Below, piece by piece: positions 17,349 through 25,224 of a stretch of DNA of 32,000 nucleotides. Every line of letters begins with the position of its first letter. Within the stretch, counting starts at the first letter, position 1. The notes beneath the pieces are model-generated. The model saw only the letters and a list, made by a program, of their open reading frames with translations. It searched no databases and was not told the origin of the DNA. The position numbers and the translations under genes are program-made. The stretch is taken from the NCBI RefSeq assembly GCF_000025665.1, contig NC_013926.1, positions 1,170,001 to 1,202,000 of the forward strand, given 5' to 3'. This DNA comes from Aciduliprofundum boonei T469 (GTDB lineage: Archaea; Thermoplasmatota; Thermoplasmata; Thermoplasmatales; Aciduliprofundaceae).

Positions 17349-17444
17349 ATTATCACCTCACTTGGCAGGTGCTTAACAATTTTCCTGCCTATTTTGCATA
17401 ATGGTTTATGAGAAAATAAACCTTTTGGCTCAAAGCAAAAAGCT

Positions 17445-17481
17445 TATATATGTCGGACATATATACTTAATATGTCTGACA
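17445..17481. promoter_or_regulatory. Palindromic elements in the CBS/ftsZ divergent intergenic region: a 21-nt perfect palindrome plus a second copy of its 12-nt core
   Basis: TATATATGTCGGACATATATA (17445-17465) is a perfect palindrome around G17455. ATATGTCTGACA (17470-17481) repeats ATATGTCGGACA (17448-17459) at 11 of 12 positions, with centres 22 nt apart. Both lie 20-60 nt upstream of the ftsZ start and overlap TATA-like sequence. Confidence 0.5.
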
Positions 17482-17502
17482 AAAATATGAAAGGTGATGA
17501 TG

Positions 17503-18558
17503 ATGGGTTTAGAATATTTGATTAAAGATGCCCTTTCTGCAGGGTATGATGAAAAGAGTGAGGCAGATGTAAATATAAAGGTGGTAGGCATAGGTGGCGG
17601 TGGATGCAATAGTATAACAAGATTGAGTACTCAAAACTTAAAGGCAGAATTGATAGCAGTAAATACGGATAAATCACATTTTTCAATAGTAAACGCCTCA
17701 AAGAAGGTTCTAATAGGAAAGAAGATAACGAACGGTCGTGGCGCAGGAGGAAATATGGAAATAGGGGAGCAGGCAGCCCAGATGGCATATAACGATATAT
17801 ACAAGATACTTGATGGAGGAGATATAGTATTTCTCCTTGCTGGTCTCGGCGGAGGAACTGGTGGAGGTGCAGGACCTGTTATAAGCGAGATAGCAAGGGA
17901 TGCTGGAGCACTCGTTGTGTCAATGGTAACCATGCCATTTAAGGCGGAGGGAAAGAGGAGATGGGAGCAGGCTGAAATGTCTCTTGAGAGATTTAGGGAG
18001 CATTCTCATACAGTTATAGTTCTCGATAACAACAGGCTTGTGAGCTTAGCCAAGAATTTACCCATAAAGAAAGCATTTGCAATTATGGATTACCTTATTG
18101 GAGATGTCATAACAAACTTGGCAGATGCTATAACCATACCCTCTTTGATGAATATAGATTTCTCAGATTTAGAGGCGTTGATGAGAAATGGAGGCACATC
18201 TACAATTCTCTATGGAGAGGGAAATTATTACACCCCCCAGGATGCCGTTATGGATACTTTAAACAACCCCCTTATGGATATAGATTACAGGGGTGCCAAC
18301 GGTGCGCTTATCCATATCACAGGTGGCTCTGAGATGTCATTACAGACAGTTTATAGAATCGCTGAGGGAATAACCTCCGGGATAAGAGATGATGCAGAGG
18401 TAAAAATAGGAGCAAGGGTTGATGATAGATACACAAAAAAATTAAAAATAACTACCATACTAACGGGGGTGCATACCCCATACCTACAGAAGCGAGAAGC
18501 GAGATACATAACGGAAGAGATAGGAGGCATAAATGACCTGATTTCAGTGGTCTACTGA
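17503..18558 (+). CDS. ftsZ: Cell division GTPase FtsZ (paralog not assignable by eye)
   Basis: It carries VVGIGGGGCN, the tubulin signature GLGGGTGGGAG, and the T7-loop motif NIDFSD. Three consecutive ATGs (17497, 17500, 17503) follow the SD AGGTGA at 17492-17497. I chose the last for spacing, so the start is uncertain by up to 9 nt. Confidence 0.85.
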   Translation: MGLEYLIKDALSAGYDEKSEADVNIKVVGIGGGGCNSITRLSTQNLKAELIAVNTDKSHFSIVNASKKVLIGKKITNGRGAGGNMEIGEQAAQMAYNDIYKILDGGDIVFLLAGLGGGTGGGAGPVISEIARDAGALVVSMVTMPFKAEGKRRWEQAEMSLERFREHSHTVIVLDNNRLVSLAKNLPIKKAFAIMDYLIGDVITNLADAITIPSLMNIDFSDLEALMRNGGTSTILYGEGNYYTPQDAVMDTLNNPLMDIDYRGANGALIHITGGSEMSLQTVYRIAEGITSGIRDDAEVKIGARVDDRYTKKLKITTILTGVHTPYLQKREARYITEEIGGINDLISVVY

Positions 18559-18594
18559 TTTTCCAAAATTATTTATACAATAAGCCTTTTCGTG

Positions 18595-18629
18595 CTTTGC
18601 CTATGATTGATTAAATGAAGGAGGTAAAG
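18595..18629 (+). promoter_or_regulatory. K-turn (kink-turn) RNA motif in the L7Ae mRNA leader that incorporates the Shine-Dalgarno sequence
   Basis: CUUUGCC (18595-18601) pairs with GGUAAAG (18623-18629) as a 7-bp C-helix. A 3-nt bulge UAU (18602-18604) is followed by G-A (18605-18606) opposite G-A (18621-18622). The SD GGAGGU is at 18620-18625 and the ATG at 18633. Confidence 0.6.
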
Positions 18630-18632
18630 AAA

Positions 18633-18998
18633 ATGGCTGCAATATATGTAAGGTTTGAGACACCAAAAGAACTGCAGGAAAAAATGCTTAGTGCGGTGGA
18701 GATTTCCAAAGAAACTGGAAAAGTGAGGAAGGGAACGAACGAAGTCACAAAAACGATTGAGAGAGGAGATGCAAAATTTGTCATAATTGCTGAGGATGTA
18801 AATCCTCCAGAGATTGTGGCTCATCTGCCTCTTCTATGCGAAGAGAAGGGAATCCCATATGGCTATGTTGCTACTAAGGAAGAGCTCGGCAAAAGAGTTG
18901 GAATAAAGAGTGCTGCCTCGGTAAGCATCCTTGACTTTGGAAAAGCTAATGATTCTTTTAAGGAAATAATCGAGCAGATTAAGGCAATAAAGAAGTAA
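18633..18998 (+). CDS. rpl7ae: Ribosomal protein L7Ae (K-turn binding; 50S, box C/D and H/ACA RNP component)
   Basis: YVRFETPKEL at the N-terminus, plus KGTNEVTKTIERG and VIIAEDVNPPEIV, are L7Ae hallmarks. The ATG at 18633 is preferred over the track start at 18615 because GGAGGT lies 7 nt upstream. Confidence 0.9.
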   Translation: MAAIYVRFETPKELQEKMLSAVEISKETGKVRKGTNEVTKTIERGDAKFVIIAEDVNPPEIVAHLPLLCEEKGIPYGYVATKEELGKRVGIKSAASVSILDFGKANDSFKEIIEQIKAIKK

Positions 18999-19009
18999 AG
19001 GTGATTTAG

Positions 19010-19219
19010 ATGGCAGATGAAGCTACGCCCGCCGAAGTCGTTGAAATTATGGGAAGAACAGGGATGACCGGTGAGGTTACTCAGGTAAAGGTTCGCGTTC
19101 TTGAAGGTAGAGATAAGGGGAGAATTCTAACCCGCAATGTTATGGGTCCTGTGCGAGTTGGGGATATATTGATGCTTAGAGAAACTGCAAGAGAGGCAAG
19201 AAAGCTGGAGGCAAGGTGA
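19010..19219 (+). CDS. rps28e: Ribosomal protein S28e
   Basis: [48 protein letters not shown] is a typical S28e sequence. The SD AGGTGA lies 5 nt upstream of the ATG. Confidence 0.9.
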   Translation: MADEATPAEVVEIMGRTGMTGEVTQVKVRVLEGRDKGRILTRNVMGPVRVGDILMLRETAREARKLEAR

Positions 19220-19224
19220 TTTAA

Positions 19225-19470
19225 ATGCCCACAAAGCATGTTTGTGCCTTCTGCGGAAAAGAAATAGAGCCGGGCACTGGCAAGATGTATGTTACTAGGA
19301 CTGGCACAGTTTACTACTTCTGCAGTAGCAAATGCTACAAGAATATGATCGAATTGCACAGAATACCTCGCAAGGTTAGATGGACCGCTGCGTATAGAAA
19401 GGAAAAAGAAGTTAGATTACATTTAATACAGAGGCGAGAAAATGAAGCAAAGGACATTGGTACTTCTTAA
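19225..19470 (+). CDS. rpl24e: Ribosomal protein L24e
   Basis: It has the [17 protein letters not shown]...YYFCSSKC zinc-ribbon motif. The upstream context AAGGTGATTTA-N-ATG is identical to that of rps28e. The 3' end overlaps ndk by 29 nt. Confidence 0.9.
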   Translation: MPTKHVCAFCGKEIEPGTGKMYVTRTGTVYYFCSSKCYKNMIELHRIPRKVRWTAAYRKEKEVRLHLIQRRENEAKDIGTS

Positions 19471-19888
19471 GCCTGATGCGGTTAATAGAAGGCTTATGGG
19501 GGAGATTATCTCCCGCTTTGAAAAGAAAGGATTGAAGATAGTGGCAATGAAAATGCTCTGGATGAGCAGGGAAAGAGCTGAGAAGCACTACGAGGTACAT
19601 AAAGACAAGCCATTCTATGAGAGCTTGATAGATTACATAACCTCTGGCCCAATAGTGGCAATGGTTTTAGAAGGAGATAGAGCCATAGAAGTTGTCCGCA
19701 AGATGATGGGTAAGACAAATGGGATAGAAGCAGAACCAGGAACGATAAGAGGAGATTTTGCAATGAGTATACAGAACAACCTTGTGCATGGCTCGGATTC
19801 TGAGGAATCAGCAAAGAGAGAGATACCAATATTCTTTGATGATAGTGAAATTTTAGAGTACAGGCTGGTAGACGAAGTCTGGATATAA
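19442..19888 (+). CDS. ndk: Nucleoside diphosphate kinase
   Basis: [11 protein letters not shown] is present, along with the catalytic-His motif NLVHGSDS. Length is 148 aa. Confidence 0.9.
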   Translation: MKQRTLVLLKPDAVNRRLMGEIISRFEKKGLKIVAMKMLWMSRERAEKHYEVHKDKPFYESLIDYITSGPIVAMVLEGDRAIEVVRKMMGKTNGIEAEPGTIRGDFAMSIQNNLVHGSDSEESAKREIPIFFDDSEILEYRLVDEVWI

Positions 19889-21120
19889 TGTACACTGAGA
19901 AAGATATAGGCATTTTTTCTTTTTTATCCTCCACTTCTGGCATAGGTGGGAAGTTAAGGAAAAATGTTGAAGATTTTTATGTTGAAGAGATTCCATTAGA
20001 GCTGGAAAAGAAGGACAATGGCAAACATCTTTGTTTAAAAGTTAAACTTTTTAACTGGGAAACTAACAGATTCGTGAAAATATTGAGCAAAAATTTGGGA
20101 ATTAGCAGACACCGCATAAAATTTGCAGGAAATAAAGATAAAAGAGGAGTAACCATACAATATTTTTGCATCCTTAATTATCCAGGAAAAATAAACTTAA
20201 ATCTTAAGGATGTTGAAATTCTTGATGAATTTAGAAGCAGTAGGGAGATAAACATAGGAGATTTGTATGGAAACAAATTCGAGATAGTGGTTAGAGATGC
20301 AAAATGTGATGATAGAGTTGATAAGATAGAAGAGGAGTTAAATGGTTTTTTCCCAAATTTCTTTGGTGTGCAGAGATTTGGAGCAAGCAGACCTATAACC
20401 CATATTGTTGGAAAATTTATAATTAAAGGTAGATATGATGAGGCTGTAAGATACTACATAGGCTTTCCCTCTTCCTTTGATGAGGATGATGGAAGAAAAA
20501 TCTTCTTTGAGAATATGGATGCACGGGAAGCCATAAAAAATATAAGTAAAAATGCAAGTTATGAGAGAGCAATGCTGAATTACCTGATAAAAAATGAGAG
20601 AGATTATGTGGGTGCTCTAAAACAGCTACCCAAGAATCTCTTGCTATTATTCGTGCATGGATATCAGAGTTATATATTCAACAAAATTCTTAGTAAAAGA
20701 TTAGAAATAGGAATTGATGTGCAAGTTGGAGATATAATTATGAAGGTAGATAAATTTGGATTGCCTATGCAAGAATTTGTTAAAGTTACAGATTTCAATA
20801 TTGAAAAAATTAAGAATTTAATTAATGCAAAAAAAGCATATGTTTCCACCATACTATTTGGATATAATTCATATTTTAGTGAGGAGTCTCAGGGAGATAT
20901 CGAAAGAGAGGTAATTGATGAGGAAGGGATAAATAAAAAAATGTTTCACATAAAAGAGATTCCAGAATTGAGTTCAAAGGGTAGAAGAAGAAACATAATT
21001 TCTCCTATTATGGATTATAATCGAGACAATTGTAAGTTTAGGTTTATCCTTCATCGCGGCTCCTATGCCACATCCCTTATGAGAGAGTTTATGAAGCAGA
21101 ATTCTTTGGAATTTTATTGA
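19888..21120 (+). CDS. truD: tRNA pseudouridine synthase TruD/Pus7 family (archaeal tRNA psi13 synthase type)
   Basis: It has the GNKDKRGVTIQY (catalytic Asp) and FGVQRFG motifs. The start overlaps the ndk stop (TAATG). Confidence 0.85.
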   Translation: MYTEKDIGIFSFLSSTSGIGGKLRKNVEDFYVEEIPLELEKKDNGKHLCLKVKLFNWETNRFVKILSKNLGISRHRIKFAGNKDKRGVTIQYFCILNYPGKINLNLKDVEILDEFRSSREINIGDLYGNKFEIVVRDAKCDDRVDKIEEELNGFFPNFFGVQRFGASRPITHIVGKFIIKGRYDEAVRYYIGFPSSFDEDDGRKIFFENMDAREAIKNISKNASYERAMLNYLIKNERDYVGALKQLPKNLLLLFVHGYQSYIFNKILSKRLEIGIDVQVGDIIMKVDKFGLPMQEFVKVTDFNIEKIKNLINAKKAYVSTILFGYNSYFSEESQGDIEREVIDEEGINKKMFHIKEIPELSSKGRRRNIISPIMDYNRDNCKFRFILHRGSYATSLMREFMKQNSLEFY

Positions 21121-21799
21121 ATAATCCATATCTCAATTTATATCTCTCAAGCAGTTTTATAAACCTTATAGCAAATAGATCAATGAAAATAACATTGCCC
21201 AAGGCATGCAAAGTGTCAAACCAGATGGATGTAGCTTCAACCATCAGAAAACTCTGCCAAGTTAAACGGTAGATAAACGCAAGCCAGTACCATACATTCA
21301 TTATTATACCGTAAAGGTACCCGCTGAAGAATCCCAAGATTAAGAAGGCAAGGAACTCATGCTTTTTCCCATACATAAACTTTCTAAACAGCCACCCAAT
21401 TATTCCTATTATTCCCCAAGCAAACATCTGCCAAGGTGTCCAGGGTCCTTGACCTAAAAAGAAATTTGAAAGAAGCGCTGTCTCTGCTCCAATCATAAAT
21501 CCTGCAAATGGACCGAAAACATATCCAGAAACCAAGATTATAAATGTACAAGGTTGAACATTTGGTATTGCAGCAAAGGGTACTCTTGCTACTGCTGAGA
21601 AAGTGCCCAAAATAGCTATGACGGCGATTTCTTTGCTATTATTCGCACTTCTTTCATATAACACAAGTAAGGCCAATAGAATTAGAAGGAGTATAAGCAT
21701 TGAAGTCACGCCTAAAAATTTTGGATAAAATGTGGACAATGCACCAATACCTAAAATTAGAATTATTGTAACTATTAGAAAAAAACTATCTTTTCTCAT
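21089..21799 (-). CDS. ECF-transporter substrate-capture (S) component-like membrane protein, substrate unknown
   Basis: It is polytopic, and the motifs AVARVPFAAIPNVQPCTFIILVSGYVFGPFAGFMIG and GQGPWTPWQMFAWG resemble ECF S components. It is the last gene of the ECF operon, starting 1 nt after the ATPase stop. Confidence 0.6.
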   Translation of the reverse strand: MRKDSFFLIVTIILILGIGALSTFYPKFLGVTSMLILLLILLALLVLYERSANNSKEIAVIAILGTFSAVARVPFAAIPNVQPCTFIILVSGYVFGPFAGFMIGAETALLSNFFLGQGPWTPWQMFAWGIIGIIGWLFRKFMYGKKHEFLAFLILGFFSGYLYGIIMNVWYWLAFIYRLTWQSFLMVEATSIWFDTLHALGNVIFIDLFAIRFIKLLERYKLRYGLFNKIPKNSAS

Positions 21800-23356
21800 T
21801 TATAATCCCTCAATATCTTCCTCTACAAGTATCCTTTTATCTCCAACCCCATACAAAAGCTTGTTCAGTTGTGTTGTGTAGTTTAGAGAATTCGGCATTA
21901 TCTTTCTTTTCTCTCCCTCAACTATGATTCTTCCCTCTGCCATAATAGCCACTCTATCCACCGTTCTCGCTATCATTTCCATATCATGGCTAATAAGTAT
22001 TATCCCCCTTGATGTTGCATATTCCTTTAGAAATTTCGATAATTTTAACTTATGTGAGTAAGATAAACCCCTCGTAGGCTCATCCAAAATAAGTATCTTT
22101 GGTTCTATAACTGCAATAGAGGCAATGGCAGCTAGCATTCTCTCTCCACCAGATAGATCCTTTGAGTTCTTATCTCTCAAATTCCATATACCTAGCTTTT
22201 TCATTATATGCTCTACTTTTTCATCATTTTTAACACCCGTAGAAATATCTTCATAAATACTATCTCCAAACAGGTGCAAATTTGGATTTTGAAATACCAT
22301 GCTTATCTTTCCTCTCCTCTCTATTTTTCCCTTATGCGGTTTTAATAGGCCCACCAAAATCTTTGCAAGCGTAGTTTTCCCAGCACCATTTCTACCTACA
22401 ATTCCCAAAATTTCGTTCTCATAGAGGCTCAAATTTAATCCTTTTAAAACTGCATTTTTATCATAGGAAAATTTTAATTTTGTTGCTTCTAAAATCTTTT
22501 TCCCGTATTCTTTTTTCTCTCCCTTGTATTTCAATCTTTTTAAATCTTTAGCCAAAATTCTCCTTCCCTCCTTTACGGAGAGAGGCAGATAATCTTTTTT
22601 TAATAGAATAGCCAGTCTGGAAACTTGAGGATACCCTATACCCAAGGCATCAAAATCAACTTTAGATGCTATTATTCTAGGCTCTCCATCACCAATTATT
22701 TCCCCTCCTGAGAACACAATGATTCTATCTGCTCTGTACATAGTTCTTTCTAAGCGATGCTCTGCTAGGATAATACCTATCCCAAAATCATCATTTAGTC
22801 TTTCTAACAAGCTTAGAATATCCTCAGCAGAATTGGGAGATAATTGACTTGTAGGCTCATCAAGGAGCAGAAAATCAGGATATGTGGCAATAGCCGTTGC
22901 AATGGCAACTTTTTGCTTTTCCCCTCCAGATAACTCTTCAATTCTTCTATTTCGAAGATTTGCAATATTAATTAAATCTAAAGCTTCTTCTACCCTTTTG
23001 GATATTTCGTAACTCTGCAGTCCCATATTCTCCAGGGGAAATGCAATTTCTCTTTCAACAGTTTCCATAACAATCTGATTTTCAGGGTCTTGAAAGATTG
23101 AGGACACGCACTTTGCAATTTCTCTTGGAGGGTTATTTTTTATCGCCTTGCCATTTACTTTCACTTCTCCCTCATATCCACCGCTATAAAAATGAGGAAT
23201 GAGTCCATTTATAGATCTTAAAAATGTTGTCTTGCCAGAGCCTGATGGGCCCACAACCAAAACAAACTCTCCTCTATCAATTTTCAAATTTACTTTTTCT
23301 AAATTCCATTTATTGGATAAAGCGTATTTAAATGAAAAATTTTTGAACTCAATCAT
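21800..23356 (-). CDS. ecfA: Fused tandem ECF/cobalt-type ABC ATPase (EcfA-EcfA' in one polypeptide)
   Basis: It has two Walker A motifs (GPSGSGKTT, GRNGAGKTT), two ABC signatures (LSGGEKQK, LSGGERML) and two Walker B motifs (LLLDEPT, LILDEPT). Confidence 0.85.
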   Translation of the reverse strand: MIEFKNFSFKYALSNKWNLEKVNLKIDRGEFVLVVGPSGSGKTTFLRSINGLIPHFYSGGYEGEVKVNGKAIKNNPPREIAKCVSSIFQDPENQIVMETVEREIAFPLENMGLQSYEISKRVEEALDLINIANLRNRRIEELSGGEKQKVAIATAIATYPDFLLLDEPTSQLSPNSAEDILSLLERLNDDFGIGIILAEHRLERTMYRADRIIVFSGGEIIGDGEPRIIASKVDFDALGIGYPQVSRLAILLKKDYLPLSVKEGRRILAKDLKRLKYKGEKKEYGKKILEATKLKFSYDKNAVLKGLNLSLYENEILGIVGRNGAGKTTLAKILVGLLKPHKGKIERRGKISMVFQNPNLHLFGDSIYEDISTGVKNDEKVEHIMKKLGIWNLRDKNSKDLSGGERMLAAIASIAVIEPKILILDEPTRGLSYSHKLKLSKFLKEYATSRGIILISHDMEMIARTVDRVAIMAEGRIIVEGEKRKIMPNSLNYTTQLNKLLYGVGDKRILVEEDIEGL

Positions 23357-24254
23357 AGATGCTCACCCTCCCTAATAGCAGAGAAAGAGGTAATGAAAAC
23401 ATTAAAATGCACATTGGAACGCTATAATTTCTCCCAACCTTGGGATAAAAAACAAAATTCCCATGAAAAGTTATGTAAATGGTGCCCATGATGGCAGTAA
23501 AAATTAGAATGAAAACAGCCATTTTTTGCAGTGTATTTAGATTTATCCTTTTCCAAGCCCTCCGGGATTTAGAGGGATAGCCCTTTGTCTCCAAAGCTTC
23601 TCCAATCTCTATGGCTCTTTCCATCGATATATTGAGAAGGGTGGCCATGGCAGGATATCTCGCATTGATTCTATCTTTTAAACTTCCTGTGGATACAGGT
23701 AGACCCTTCAATTTTAAAGCATTTAGAGAATCCCTTGCTTCCTCAAGCATTATTGGGAAAAATCTAAGGGAAATAGATAGGGTCATTATCGCTTTATGAG
23801 GAATCTTTAATCTCTCCAATATGTTTATCAAATCTTCCATTCCCACATTGCTGTTAAATATGGCAAATGCTCCCATTATTATGAGAAGACGAAGAATCAT
23901 TGAGGAGGAGAAAACAATTGATTCGTATGTAATTTTAATGAAATTCCATTCCACGAGCACGGTTTCTCCATTTGTGCCTAAAAGTATGTTAAAAATAAAA
24001 ATGAAAATAGAAAAATAAATAGTGTATCTCATAAGCGTATGCCATAAATGGGAGTTCATAATCATCTTTAATACGATTAATGAGAGAAATATGGAAAATA
24101 GAATGTATGGGGAGGAAAATATTAAACTCAAGTATATGATAAGCATTAGCCACACAAATATAACAAAATGATTGATGTTTATTTTCATTATTTGCACCCT
24201 ACCAGCGAGAAAGGAGAGAATTAAGGAGAGAAGGAAAAGGAGCAAGATTATCAT
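23349..24254 (-). CDS. ecfT: ECF transporter transmembrane (T) component, CbiQ/EcfT family
   Basis: It is a polytopic membrane protein positioned between the DUF4430 gene and the ATPase. Both ends overlap neighbours: ATGA at 24251-24254 and 8 nt at 23349-23356. The family assignment rests on context and general pattern. Confidence 0.65.
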   Translation of the reverse strand: MIILLLFLLSLILSFLAGRVQIMKININHFVIFVWLMLIIYLSLIFSSPYILFSIFLSLIVLKMIMNSHLWHTLMRYTIYFSIFIFIFNILLGTNGETVLVEWNFIKITYESIVFSSSMILRLLIIMGAFAIFNSNVGMEDLINILERLKIPHKAIMTLSISLRFFPIMLEEARDSLNALKLKGLPVSTGSLKDRINARYPAMATLLNISMERAIEIGEALETKGYPSKSRRAWKRINLNTLQKMAVFILIFTAIMGTIYITFHGNFVFYPKVGRNYSVPMCILMFSLPLSLLLGRVSIYD

Positions 24255-25135
24255 ATCCTCTCACCGTTAAAATACCAAAATAAAGTTATGTTCCCACTTA
24301 ACAAATTTTCTATGCTCACACTCAAGTAATTTTCATCTGTGGCATAAATCCACATAATAACATTCTCACAGGAATTCAAGCCCTTGGGATTGAAGGGAGA
24401 TTGGGATATTTGTATAAAAGATCCTTGATAAACTCTTTCTCCTGCCATGATATTTCCGTCTTTAACATAGTAATCCCATCCAAGCTTGGTATGTATACTA
24501 TTCAAATAATCACATATTGAACTCTCGTATCCAATCACTATCACATTATTGTTCTGCAACTCTTCCGTAGTTATATTCTCTGTGAGGATAGAATTTATTC
24601 CAAATTTTTCAAAATATGAGCTTAGCTCTTTTGCGTATTTAAAATACCTATTCTGGTATACTATTGTGGTATTATAAACCATTCCATTATAACCATGCCA
24701 GAATGGCTCTGGAAAATCTGCTATTTCCGCATAGTTTATTGAATTGGATTTCCACCTATGAAAATCCCATCTTATCACATCTCCTGGATGTATTTTATAT
24801 AAAGATGCCCCAACATTAGCCAATATACCGTTCACATAATAGAACCAGAAAAATGTGCCGTTCTGGCGTATACCATTTATTCCTGTAACAAATTTTCCAT
24901 TATAAGCCGTGGATACATTTGCGATTTTTTCAAGGGTATCTATAACATTCTCTCCCGGCTTAACATTTTTCTCCTCAATTATCTTCTCTCCAAAATACAA
25001 GGAAATTATTATCTTTGTATTATTTTGAGGCATTTGGGGAGCTTGATTCTGGGGAATTTGAGGATACAAAAGAATCATGACTATTAATAGGATGGCTATG
25101 AATGCAATAATTCCTCCCTTCAATCTTCTCTGCAT
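24251..25135 (-). CDS. Membrane-anchored extracytoplasmic protein with a DUF4430 (transcobalamin-like C-terminal) domain plus an unassigned C-terminal half
   Basis: It has an N-terminal signal anchor, GIIAFIAILLIVMILLY. NVIDTLEKIANVSTAYNGKFVTGINGIRQNGTFFWFYYVNGILANVGASLYKIHPGDVIRWDF matches the remembered DUF4430 pattern (fV.sInG, W.y.VNG, GD.i.w). Confidence 0.65.
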   Translation of the reverse strand: MQRRLKGGIIAFIAILLIVMILLYPQIPQNQAPQMPQNNTKIIISLYFGEKIIEEKNVKPGENVIDTLEKIANVSTAYNGKFVTGINGIRQNGTFFWFYYVNGILANVGASLYKIHPGDVIRWDFHRWKSNSINYAEIADFPEPFWHGYNGMVYNTTIVYQNRYFKYAKELSSYFEKFGINSILTENITTEELQNNNVIVIGYESSICDYLNSIHTKLGWDYYVKDGNIMAGERVYQGSFIQISQSPFNPKGLNSCENVIMWIYATDENYLSVSIENLLSGNITLFWYFNGERI

Positions 25136-25224
25136 ACTTATGGTGATGAACTAAACATTTTTTAAATTTTCTAAAATAAGTTTTATGTAGAAATCATTTA
25201 ATAGGGGACATAAATAACAATTAT

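Noticed and set aside
17489-17505. C-box-like GTGATGATGATG at the ftsZ start.
   Set aside because: It is explained by the SD AGGTGA followed by three Met codons. No D box or terminal stem lies at an appropriate distance.
17522-17933. Antisense ORFs opposite ftsZ, including a Pro/Ala-rich 100-aa ORF.
   Set aside because: The PAPPPVPPPRPA stretch is the reverse reading of the GGGTGGGAG tubulin-signature codons. The sense-strand FtsZ assignment is unambiguous.
19506-19943. 145-aa antisense ORF across ndk.
   Set aside because: It is opposite a strongly supported ndk gene and has no motifs, start context or SD.
25136-25224. Possible cobalamin riboswitch upstream of the DUF4430/ECF operon.
   Set aside because: Only 89 nt are available, shared with the divergent priS promoter. 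The region is very AT-rich and lacks the conserved B12-box-like GC-rich core. It is too short for a cobalamin aptamer.
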